A DNA stretch of 62,998 nt, counting the filler. It is 7 parts of 7 records of this genome, joined end to end, with 100 filler letters (N's around TTAATTAATTAA, not from the genome) between each part and the next. Parts side by side here need not be neighbours in the genome. Positions count along the whole stretch, not along the records: positions 28,887 to 35,234 come from DRR723986_51643; positions 35,335 to 40,942 come from DRR723986_51798; 5 more parts are not named here. One strand, 5' to 3'. Under the pieces are notes generated by a model that saw only the letters and a program-made list of their open reading frames with translations, was not told where the DNA came from and did not search any database. Of the stretch, positions 28,787 through 38,300 are shown in pieces (the first letter of the stretch is position 1; each line of letters opens with the position of its first letter). Position numbers and translations under genes: made by a program.

Positions 28787-28886
28787 NNNNNNNNNNNNNN
28801 NNNNNNNNNNNNNNNNNNNNNNNNNNNNNNTTAATTAATTAANNNNNNNNNNNNNNNNNNNNNNNNNNNNNNNNNNNNNNNNNNNN
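28787..28886. other. Artificial contig linker
   Basis: N44-TTAATTAATTAA-N44. Confidence 0.98.
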
Positions 28887-31732
28887 TTGTCCTCCACATC
28901 TGACTTGTCCTCCACACCTGGCTTTTCCTCCGGTTTCTCATGGGCCGAAGCTATTCGCCAGACGCCGATCGCCTTCTCCTTGTCGTTGCGACCGATGGCT
29001 AGCCAACCGCCGTCAGAGCTGAACGCGGCCGCGTTACCGTCGATAGGAAACGAGGCGACCCGCTTGCCGGACTTCGCGTCCCATAGAGTCGCATCGCGGT
29101 TGCTCTCCCAGACGATGCCATGTCGAAGCAGAAGACGATCGTCAGGTGAAAACGTCAGAGTCGGTGAGTTGTAACGGAAGGGGGCAGGGATCTGTTGCAC
29201 GACCTTGTTCGATTCGATATCAATCAACTTAATGCCGACCAGATCGGCGATGGCCAGCGTACGACCATCGTGAGAAAACTGAATCCCCAGCACCTGATCG
29301 ATCGCTCCAGGAATATTCTCCTTGAAGGGAGCTGCTTCCTTCGGATTCTCGTTGCGGAACCGGAACACCTGCTGGCCACTTTCCAGATCCCAGATGCCAA
29401 CGCCACCGTCAGCGGGCCATGCACTGATTCGTTTCCCATCGCAAGAGAATGCGACAGATCGAATATCTCCTGTGTTCTTCGAAGTGATCGATCGAATGAG
29501 TTCACCTGTGTGGGCGTCCCAGACAAACAGCGTGCCGTCGTGCAGCATCCCCATCCGATTGGTGACGCCGCGGCAAGCGACTCGGTTGCCGGTTTGATCA
29601 ACGACGATCCGACTGAGAGTCAAATCACCGATTCCATCCCAGTTGGTTTTCAATCGCCGCAAGAGCCTTCCGGTCTGAGTATTCCAGACGCCCAATTCAT
29701 CCCCAAGACTGCAGAATACAAATCGTGAATCATCGGAGAGCGTCAAAGTGCTGCTGTACCGCGTCCACGGTTTTTCCCACTCTAGCGGCACTTCGTTTGA
29801 AGAGCGTTTGGTTTCGAAGTTCCAGGTTCGAAATCGTGGATACCGTCCTTCCTTCGCATCCCCAGGTCCGTAGGCAACGCTGTGGATATCCAATCCATAG
29901 TGAGCAAAACGAACGCTATGCACGTTCCCAACTTCGTCGAGCCAATGGTTGGTTTCGGTTCGCTGAGCTTCGACGCTCGACTCGCCAGGGGGCGTTTCCG
30001 GTTCGCGGTCTTGTACGGACACTCGAACGGTCCCACTGTGAAGCTTCACAGACATCGACGGACTAGCACCGGCTTCGCTATCAACCGATTTGTAGCTGAC
30101 TCGCAAATCAGCCACGAGATCATACTCACCTTCTGGGAGAAAAAGTGGCTGTGGTCCGTGCTTCGGGCGTTCGGTTCCCGGGCGCAGAATCGGTGACTGG
30201 ACGCTTCCCCCAAGCACCAGTGTGGCCGATTCACCGGCGGGCAGAACCAGGGTGGCTTTGTCGAATTCTTCCTGGGGAATAAAGTAGCTATGCCAGACGG
30301 TTGAGTGCGTGAGGTTAATTTGCCCTTCCGCCATCTCGGGCACGTAGGACAAGCCTGGATCGCGACGAATCTGTATTGCATCTTCAGTGCGATTCTCCAG
30401 CCAGATTTCAAACCGAACCCAGTCGCCGTACGCGAAGTCGGTCTTCGTACGGTTTGGCATGGGGCGAATTCCCAGACGCAGCCCTGAGTTTTCTTGCCCC
30501 CACTGAATGTCTGTCTCCTTTTTCGCTGGAGCTTTGTCAATTGGAAGAGTGTCGTCTGCCTGAGCGGTCATCCACAAGCTTCCCGAGACGGCCAGAGCGA
30601 CCATCGTTAGGGATGCGAAGAGTACACCTGTTCCGGCTGATTGATGAGCGTTTGGTTCAACCAGCCGTCGAACTCGTCCAAGCAGCGAACCATCGGATGC
30701 AGCCAACCCAAAGGAGCCGTGCTGGGTCGCGGGGCGATGTTCATCCAGCCACAGCAGCACGCGAGCGTAGCTGCCCGCATCTCCCGTCAGTCCCACTGCC
30801 AGATCATCACAACACTCTTCGCGAGTGATCCGTATTCGCTTCGACACCCACCAAACGGCTGGATGATAAAAGAAAATGGTCTCCACCAGGACCTGTAGAA
30901 TGTTGACGAGATAATCGTGACGGCGAACGTGGGCGAGCTCGTGAGCTAGGACCGCCTGCAACTGCTGCGAAGAAAGTCCCGTCAGAGCTGTCGCGGGCAA
31001 CAAAACCACAGGCCTGAACCAGCCGATCAAAGTAGGCACTTCAACCATCGAAGACTGCTCAACTGAGACGACTTTCTGAATGCCGAGTCGCCGTGAAAGT
31101 TGAGTAGCAACGTCTTTGACTTCGCGAGTCACCGCGCGAGTGCTATACCGTCGCAACCGTCTGGCACCATACACTGCGATGAGTGGCCGGAGAGAAAGCA
31201 CTGCGATTCCGACCAGCCAAGCAGTACACAACGTGCTCAGCCGGGGCCGAACATAATCTCTTATCGCCTTCCCCAAATCGCTGGCGCTAAACGTGGAGCC
31301 TGCTAAATCGGGGGATTCAAGAGTGCGTGAATCGGAGCCAGCACTGAACGCGATTTCACCCGGACCAAGGTCTCCTTCACTCAGTTCATCTCCAGCAGGA
31401 TTCCCTGTAACGTGTGCAGTAAATTCTGCGGTAGGCAGACCGTTGACACCGTCGCCACTCATCGGAGCCTGTGCAGAAGTGTTCCCAAAACTCACCGTCG
31501 ACAGCGCTTGAGAATCTGCCTGGGTATTGAAGAAACAAAGCGTTACCCCGGTGCAGAACACCATCGCTAACAGCGCCAAACACTTTGCAACATATCGAAT
31601 CGCAGAACTGCAATTGCTCAGGGCCCCAAGGACGACATACAGGACGATCGCAACTGCCGTGAATTGCCACAGCGAATGCAGCAACGTCCATCCAATGCGT
31701 TCAGGGAGCGTGAGGAAGAAGTCGCCATTCAT
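28887..31732 (-). CDS. BlaR1-type M56 peptidase with WD40 beta-propeller, 3'-truncated
   Basis: GWTLLHSLWQ, LAHELAHVRRHD, FFYHPAVWW, EECCDD; repeated ...VWDAHTG / IWDLESG / FSPD motifs. Confidence 0.88.
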
Positions 31733-32115
31733 GACTTGCCCTCCATGTCGTCGAGCAATCGACGAATCTCAGCGATCTCATCGGCTGAGGCTTTCTTGGA
31801 CGACAGTGCATGCAGCATAAGGGCACCAGCCGAACCGTCGTAGACCTTGTCGATTAAATTGCCCAGCATCCGTTTCTGAGTTTTCTGACGCGGCGCTGCA
31901 GCACGGTAGACTTGCGGCTTTGCTTCGTCGTCGCGCTTCAACAGCCCCTTTTCCATCATGACCGACAGCATTTTTACCGTCGTAGAATAGGTCGTCTGTT
32001 TGAATTCCTGCAGTGAATCATGAATATGCCGAGCGATGCTTGGACCATCGTCCCAGAGGATTCGCAGTATTTGCAATTCAACCTCAGTCGGTTGCGTAGC
32101 CGCCTGTCTCGCCAT
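31729..32115 (-). CDS. BlaI/MecI/CopY family repressor
   Basis: PTEVELQILRILW, YSTTVKML..MEKG, DKVYDGS; AAGGAG RBS upstream. Confidence 0.92.
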   Translation of the reverse strand: MARQAATQPTEVELQILRILWDDGPSIARHIHDSLQEFKQTTYSTTVKMLSVMMEKGLLKRDDEAKPQVYRAAAPRQKTQKRMLGNLIDKVYDGSAGALMLHALSSKKASADEIAEIRRLLDDMEGKS

Positions 32116-32143
32116 GAGTATCTCCTTTGCTGCCTAAGGAACA

Positions 32144-32199
32144 TGACGAACGAATTCGCCACTTGCACCTGATGTTAGCGAAAGAATTCGTCACGTCAA
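32144..32199 (-). promoter_or_regulatory. Promoter with two palindromic operators upstream of blaI
   Basis: TTGACG-N16-TAACAT; operators TGACGAA-TTCT-TTCGCTA (32176-32193) and TGGCGAA-TTCG-TTCGTCA (32144-32161). Confidence 0.7.
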
Positions 32200-32570
32200 G
32201 AGCGCACGCCCGCTCGTGAGCTGTGCTGTCTTCGCCCAACGAGTGCATCAGACCGGTCACAGGCTGTGATCCGGATCTTGCGATCAAAGCAGGCAACCTT
32301 CCCGCAAGACTTGCAAGTGACTCGCCAATATGGAAGCCGGTGCCACAGTACACGACAGCCATCAGGCAGTCGCAAAAAGCGACCCCCCAGAAACCGGAGG
32401 TCCTTAGTCGAGACGCTGGAGAACACGACGCTGCAATTCGGGCAAGCGGTTTGCTGAATCTTCCGTGCCGCTGAATGTCGCTCCCATAGTGAGAGCAGGT
32501 ACATAAGGGCGTAGAGCGGAAGGCAAACAACAACGATGATGATTTCGGCAATGTTTCGGAACAGGTTCAT
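32196..32570 (-). CDS. Small hypothetical protein with N-terminal TM and CxxC...CxxC zinc ribbon (cassette-like)
   Basis: CPNC and CKSC motifs; same orientation as the array. Confidence 0.6.
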   Translation of the reverse strand: MNLFRNIAEIIIVVVCLPLYALMYLLSLWERHSAARKIQQTACPNCSVVFSSVSTKDLRFLGGRFLRLPDGCRVLWHRLPYWRVTCKSCGKVACFDRKIRITACDRSDALVGRRQHSSRAGVRS

Positions 32571-32682
32571 GAATTGAGGATGTCACCAGTCTGATGTAGG
32601 CATAGTACTCGTGCTTTGCGAGGTGCAACGGGCCAGCGCAAAAAACTGTTACGTGCATCCTGAGCGTGCAGGTGTGCCATCG

Positions 32683-32967
32683 TCAGAGTGCAGCGGCCTG
32701 CTCAAATGCGATGCGTGCAAGATAGAACAAGAGCATGGATCCGCAGAACAGCCAGATCGTGCGTCGTTGAACCTTACGAAACTCATCGCCGCGATTCACC
32801 GTCGAGAAAAGCAGAGTGACCGAGGTGTAATACGGGTCAGCCCGTTCCGATTCGGTTGGTTCTGCAATACGTTTGAGCGACGCAAGCGACCACAAGCCAG
32901 CGATAAACAGCCCGATGGCAATCAATGTCAGAATGGCTGGCATCATCGAATGCAGTGCGCCCTGCAA
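32683..32967 (-). CDS. Small two-TM hypothetical protein (cassette-like)
   Basis: Two hydrophobic helices; start uncertain (TTG at 32967 or the MMPA ATG). Confidence 0.55.
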   Translation of the reverse strand: MQGALHSMMPAILTLIAIGLFIAGLWSLASLKRIAEPTESERADPYYTSVTLLFSTVNRGDEFRKVQRRTIWLFCGSMLLFYLARIAFEQAAAL

Positions 32968-33070
32968 CGTAATTATGTTTCGACACTACACCGCCGAGCA
33001 GCGGCTTCCGCGAGCGAGTCTACCACCTGACTCCTGCCTGGACAACAAGCGGCGGTTTGCCGAGCCGAGT

Positions 33071-33424
33071 CTACTGGACAGCAGGGAGCAAGGCGAAGAG
33101 ATGCGCCAGGACAATGGCAGCCTCAAGAGCAACGACAGCCATGCGTTTTGTCCAAGTCAAAGTAGAACGCAGCACGCAAACGAATATAGCTAAAGGGCAC
33201 GTAAACAGGGCAATGAGAATCGGGATCACAAGCCATTGAAGAACGGCGACTATCGGAGTCGGCAAGTCAAGGACACGCAAATCTAGTAGCGAAAAGAAGG
33301 CAGTTAAGGCTAGTGCAACAACATGGAAGTACAGCCAAAAACGTATGCCAGAACTGCGGTCAAGAGAATGTGTCGTACGGTTCTCCGGCTGGGTGGCAGG
33401 TGAGTGATAGGGGTTGTGATTCAA
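33071..33424 (-). CDS. Small three-TM hypothetical protein (cassette-like)
   Basis: Likely TTG start giving (M)NHNPYHSP; the longer 213-aa ORF translates through the repeat. Confidence 0.6.
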   Translation of the reverse strand: MNHNPYHSPATQPENRTTHSLDRSSGIRFWLYFHVVALALTAFFSLLDLRVLDLPTPIVAVLQWLVIPILIALFTCPLAIFVCVLRSTLTWTKRMAVVALEAAIVLAHLFALLPAVQ

Positions 33425-33547
33425 TTGATATGGTCGCTCGCCGAAGTTTTCACCACGCCCAGAACGAAGTGAGCGATATCTGTACCGCGGCGACGGCTGT
33501 TGCCAAACAGCCAAGGATTGCTGAAGGCCCCAGTGTCGAGCTGTGCC

Positions 33548-33685
33548 GCTAAACAGAAGTTCTTTGCGACACCGCCCGCAACGAAGCGAATGATGCCTGA
33601 ACTGGTACAGATTATACCAAGGCCAGCCCGCGAGACCAACCAAGGAAAGTGTAACGAAGTTCTCAGCGTAAAAACCATGTTGTCG
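33548..33685 (-). repeat. ~138-bp attC-like repeat, copy C
   Basis: CGACAAC-ATGGTTTTTACGC...GGTCTCGCGGGCTGGCCTTGGTATAAT...GTGTCGCAAAGAACTTCT-GTTTAGC. Confidence 0.85.
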
Positions 33686-33712
33686 GGCATTGAAGCGCGA
33701 GTGCGGTCTCAA

Positions 33713-34042
33713 TCAAGAATCATCGCGTCGAAATTCCGGCGGAAGCAACCACACTTCAACAAGCGAAACATCATCATCGCCATCCACCGCGAACCTGTAA
33801 CCACCTTCGGGGTAGTCAAGGTATGACGGTGCCGAGAGTTTAACGGTCGAGTTGCCGAACGTGTAGGAACAGGCGCCGGAGAGCACGTAGACGCGTCCAG
33901 CACGAGAGCTGCCGGGAAATGACGTGCCAGGCGGATAGGAACCAGGGCTGATGCGGTAGTGCCCAGCGGGAGTGTGCAAGGACCGGATGGCGTCGATTGT
34001 TACGTCGCAACCTGCTGGCCAGTCGTGTTTGGATACTGTCAT
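33713..34042 (-). CDS. Cupin-like hypothetical protein (cassette)
   Basis: YPPGTSF...VYVLSGACSYTFG...LSAPSYLDYPEG pattern of a cupin barrel. Confidence 0.55.
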   Translation of the reverse strand: MTVSKHDWPAGCDVTIDAIRSLHTPAGHYRISPGSYPPGTSFPGSSRAGRVYVLSGACSYTFGNSTVKLSAPSYLDYPEGGYRFAVDGDDDVSLVEVWLLPPEFRRDDS

Positions 34043-34060
34043 TTGAGTTGATCTATGCCC

Positions 34061-34197
34061 GCGTAGCGGAAGGTTTCTACGACACCGCCGTAAACTTAGC
34101 GAACTATGCCTGAATTACCAGGAATTGCACCAAGGCCAGCCCGCGTGACCGACCGCAGAAGGTTTGCCGCAGGACTAGCGTAATAACAATGTTGACT
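34061..34197 (-). repeat. ~137-bp attC-like repeat, copy B
   Basis: AGTCAAC-ATTGTTATTACGC...GGTCACGCGGGCTGGCCTTGG...GTGTCGTAGAAACCTTCC-GCTACGC (core GTT changed to GCT). Confidence 0.85.
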
Positions 34198-34232
34198 GAC
34201 ATTGCGCTGGGAGACATGCTGCAAGTTCCCGA

Positions 34233-34622
34233 TCAGCTCTCCATGGACACACCGGAAACAGCTCCGTTCTTATCGAACGTAACGGCAATGACGTAGTTGG
34301 TCGCCTCGTCCGGCAACGTGAAATCGAAGGTGTCGATGCCATCGTCTTCAATTTCGCCATCCTCGTCGCTGCCCCAGTGTGACTGCATCACAAGGATGTC
34401 GAGGACCTGTATGGCATCAGGACGGGCAACACCACAGTGCTTGATCCAGAATTCGTCGCCGATTTCGCCAAGGTGATGCGAAACGAAAAGCGTCGCCCCG
34501 CATCCGTCGCCAAGAGTTCCGTGAGCGCAGCGGATGGCGGCCAGTGCAGCTTTGCGTCGGCGTTCAATTTCATCGGCCGATGAAGACACGGGGGCCCCAG
34601 TCGCGTGATCTATGTCAGACAA
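34233..34622 (-). CDS. Acidic hypothetical protein, DUF2004-like (cassette)
   Basis: C-terminus DFTLPDEATNYVIAVTFD..G.V..VSMES; TTG start overlaps the GTT core. Confidence 0.6.
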   Translation of the reverse strand: MSDIDHATGAPVSSSADEIERRRKAALAAIRCAHGTLGDGCGATLFVSHHLGEIGDEFWIKHCGVARPDAIQVLDILVMQSHWGSDEDGEIEDDGIDTFDFTLPDEATNYVIAVTFDKNGAVSGVSMES

Positions 34623-34756
34623 CGGAAGGTTATACTACACCACGCTGAACGATACGAGCGATGTCTGAACTACAGGAAATCATACCAAGGCCGGCCCGCG
34701 TGACCACCAAAGGAAGGTGTGCCGTAGCGTAGCGTAGCGTAAAAACCATGTTGTCC
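34617..34756 (-). repeat. ~140-bp attC-like repeat, copy A
   Basis: GGACAAC-ATGGTTTTTACGC...GGTCACGCGGGCCGGCCTTGGTATGAT...GTGTAGTATAACCTTCC-GTTGTCT. Confidence 0.85.
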
Positions 34757-34768
34757 GTCCCTGACCGG

Positions 34769-35188
34769 CTAACACGGCTCGCTATTGTTGCCGTCCTGCC
34801 GAATGGATGTGACCGATACGTCATCAAGTGTCAGTGAGCCAAAAAATTCAAGCAATTGTGATTTGAGCGGTTCAGGAAATGGCTGTTCGCTGCTGACACG
34901 CGCGGTGTAGCGCTCGCATATACCCTCGAATTCTTGGTCTGAGTCGGGGGTGTAGATGCGAAATTTGTAGATCGGACCACGGCGACGGGCATCATTCGCA
35001 ACGGAAGGTAACGCTGCGTCTAAGTCGTGACCACGAAACGCCTCGTCGCGATCCCACGCGTAATCGTGGGCGCAGAGTATGATGCCGGGAACAGAGTCGC
35101 GAAGACGGGTGGCGACCTTGGTCGGGTCGAAGCATCCAACCGCGTCAGTCTGATAGCACGGAATTTTTGCGGCAATTTCGTATCGCAA
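34769..35188 (-). CDS. Hypothetical protein (cassette)
   Basis: 139-aa ORF that nearly fills the space between two repeats. Confidence 0.65.
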   Translation of the reverse strand: MRYEIAAKIPCYQTDAVGCFDPTKVATRLRDSVPGIILCAHDYAWDRDEAFRGHDLDAALPSVANDARRRGPIYKFRIYTPDSDQEFEGICERYTARVSSEQPFPEPLKSQLLEFFGSLTLDDVSVTSIRQDGNNSEPC

Positions 35189-35205
35189 CGGATTCAGCTA
35201 GAGAC

Positions 35206-35234
35206 GGCTAACGGAAGGTTTTTACGACACCGGG
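35206..35234 (-). repeat. Partial fourth repeat copy cut by the contig end
   Basis: CCCGGTGTCGTAAAAACCTTCC-GTTAGCC. Confidence 0.85.
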
Positions 35235-35334
35235 NNNNNNNNNNNNNNNNNNNNNNNNNNNNNNNNNNNNNNNNNNNNTTAATTAATTAANNNNNNNNNN
35301 NNNNNNNNNNNNNNNNNNNNNNNNNNNNNNNNNN
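35235..35334. other. Artificial contig linker
   Basis: N44-TTAATTAATTAA-N44. Confidence 0.98.
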
Positions 35335-35362
35335 GTGTGTGTGTGTGTGTGTGTGGTGTGTG
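35335..35362. repeat. (GT)n microsatellite
   Basis: GTGTGT run at the contig start. Confidence 0.9.
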
Positions 35363-35375
35363 CTTGCGAGCACAG

Positions 35376-38300
35376 GCAACCACGTGGAGCTCGGGTTTGC
35401 TGTGGACGTCGCAAAGCCCTCGAGGTCGGACGTGAACCTGAAGCTGTTCAACCTGGGGCGGTTGACGTTCTACGGGACGATCCAGCGCGACCACTTTGCG
35501 CTGGAGGGCGACGCGGAGGTGGCCATCGGAGACACGCTCGACTCGCCGTACAAGAAGGTCCGGGCCGTGACGTGCTGGTCGAACCGGGTCGGGCCAGACG
35601 GGTTCACGTGGAGCGACGAGTCGCCCACGCTCCACACCAAGAGGGGCCACTACCCCGCGGACAAGCTCGGCCTGATGACCATCACCGTGGCGGACCAGCA
35701 GCTGAAGAAGCAGCTGTTCTTTGTCAACTCCCCGTGCCGCTCCGTGCCGGACCCGGACTCGGACTTTGTGTCGGGGTACCGGGTCAGGGACCCGTTCTCC
35801 CCGCCCGACGCGTGGACGTTCGACGTGTACGACGCGCTGGCGAACGGCGGCGCGATGAAGCAGCGCATCACCCTCAAGTCGTTCCAGATCGTGGTGACGC
35901 GCGGCAACGTCGAGGCGCACGCCCTGGGAACGCTCACCGTGGCCCCCACCAAGGGCCTGAAGCTGGAGGACGTGCCCGGCACGTTCCGCGAGGGCTACCA
36001 GTTTGCGCGCCACACGCGGCTGGACCACGGCAACCTCTTCATGTCCGACGACGTGCAGGACTTTGTCGCGTTCTACTTCAACGGGGGCTCGTTCGCCCCC
36101 ACCATCCCGATCGTGCAGCCCGCGGGCGTCAAGGCGGAGGCGCCCTCGTTCGCGTCCGTGGGCTTCCGCTTCAGCAACCTGGCCATGGCGCTGGACCGGC
36201 CGTGGTGGGTGCGCAGCCTCGACGGCATGGTGGTGGACTACTCGGGGTTCACGATGGCCCTCGACTACTACGAGCTGCACATGGGCGCGCTGGGGGGGTC
36301 GAAGAGCAACGCGCAGTCGCTGCTCTCGCTGATGCGCGTCGTGCAGAACCAGGTCATGCCCACGCCGGGCCACATGTCCAACGCCCAGATCTTCTACTCG
36401 ATGACCTACCACAAGAACGTCCCCATGCTGCTCAACAACAACGCCGGCCCGTTCAACGTCATCACGGTGTTCCCCAAGACGAGCTTCCTGGTCCTGCCCC
36501 AGTCCGAGGAGCGCGTCGGCGCGGTGATCGACTTTGGCAAGGGCGCCGTGCGGCTGGACACGCTCTCCTTCGTCCCCGACAACGACGTGTGGCCGGTGTA
36601 CGGCATGTTCGAGGCCATCCTGCCGGAGTGGCTCAACCACCCCTTCCGCGACTGCCACCCCATCCACGACTACGACGTGCTGCGCACCTGCGACGGGTGC
36701 GACAAGTTCTCGCGGCTGCAGCAGGAGCGGAGCTCGGGCGGCTTCCCGGACGAGACGGTCATCGGCCGCCTGCGCCAGACCAGCATGCACGTCTCAGTCG
36801 TGCTGCAGCACAAGGGCGGAATCGCAATGTCCGTGCACGCCAACCCCAACCCCAGCAACCTGATGCGCGTGTCCGGGCCGTTCTGGGCAGGGCAAATCGT
36901 CGAGCCCGGGGAGAGCGATCCCAAGAACGCGTCGCCCATCAAGGGCGGCGGGGACTCGCTGCTCCAGATCAACATCGAGCGCATCATGTGCGACCACAAG
37001 CACGAGGTCGAGGCCTCCAACCTTTGCGGGGTGGGCGTGGGCATGGTCACCCTCGCGATGACCCCGATCAAGGTCGCCTACCCCGCCACCCTGCTCGACG
37101 GCTGGGCCGTCGCCTTTGACGCCCAGCAGCCCACCCTGGACCACATCACCGAGGTGGTCGAGCGCGAGAGCAAGGGCGCCGAGGCCAACCGCCCCTCCGA
37201 GGCCCCTCGCTCCACCTCCCTCGAGCGCCGCCTCGAGTCGATCCGGGAATCGTCGTTCCTGCAGTCCCTGCAACCCACGGCCGGCAACGACACCAGCGGG
37301 GGCGACAGCATCGCTCCTCCCCAGTCCCGCCAGCACAAGCGACAGCGCCAGCACCCCCGGAGCGGGCAACGGCAGCAACACCGCCAGAACGATGGTGCCC
37401 CTGGCGCACCGCCGACCCTGGAGCAGGAGCTTGGGCCGCTCCGCAACTTGGTGGCGTTCTTGGAGAGGCAGGTCGAGGCCGGGGCGGTCCACATTGTGGA
37501 CGGCGTCTCGTACGAGGGCCTCGGCCTGCGAAGCGAGCCAAAGGACAGGCGGGCGCCGGCGGTGGCGCACCGCAGCGACGGAAACGCCGACAGCACGGTC
37601 TTGCCGCCTTCCTCCGCCACAGGCGATGGCGGCGGCGGGGGAGGGCAGCCGGGGCACGACCTGGAGGAAGAGGAAGAGGAAGAGGAGGCCGAGGACGGCG
37701 GCGGCAGCAGCAGCAGCAGCGGGGAGAGCGGGGGGCCGCAGGCGGCCACCGCGTTCGAGTTCATGATGCCGAGCGGCCTCGCCAAGTGGATCCTCCGGGA
37801 CATGGGGGCGACGACTTGGGCGAAGCGCCTCCCCAAGGTGTTCAGGCAGAAGATGGGGGAGGTGGACCTGAACGCGTTCGACCTGACCGAGTTTGCAAAG
37901 TCGCTGCACTTTGGCGACCTGCACCAGGGCAAGGACTTTGACGACATGGTGGGGCTGCTCTTGTGCGTGCGCAAGAGCACGCCCCGGGAGCTCCCGATCG
38001 CGTGGCACGACGCGTCGCTGGCGGCGTGGCCGACCGGCAAGGTCGCGCTGGACGGGGTGCTGCACGTGTCGGCCACGACCAAGTTCGAGTTCAACTTCCC
38101 GCCGAACGGGTTCCGCGGCATGCTGCCCGCCGAGGGCGGCGTGGTGGGGTGGGAGCTGACGCGCATCGCCGTGGGGCACGTGGGCTTCGGCGACGCGATA
38201 ATGATCGAGCTGGACGCCAGGCTGGACTTTGTGAAGCTGGACCGCAGCGAGATGGTGCTGTCCATCCGGCGCTCGCAGGTCCGCAACGACCACCTCAAGT

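Noticed and set aside
33425-33712. N-terminal extension of the 213-aa ORF and the similar short ORFs 33421-33690 and 34630-34827 (DNMVFTLR...)
   Set aside because: They are translations of the DNA repeat; copy B does not preserve the peptide start, so the similarity is at DNA level.
33548-35234. Repeat array as a CRISPR
   Set aside because: Repeats are ~138 bp and degenerate, the intervening segments are whole genes of 370-450 bp, and there are no cas genes.
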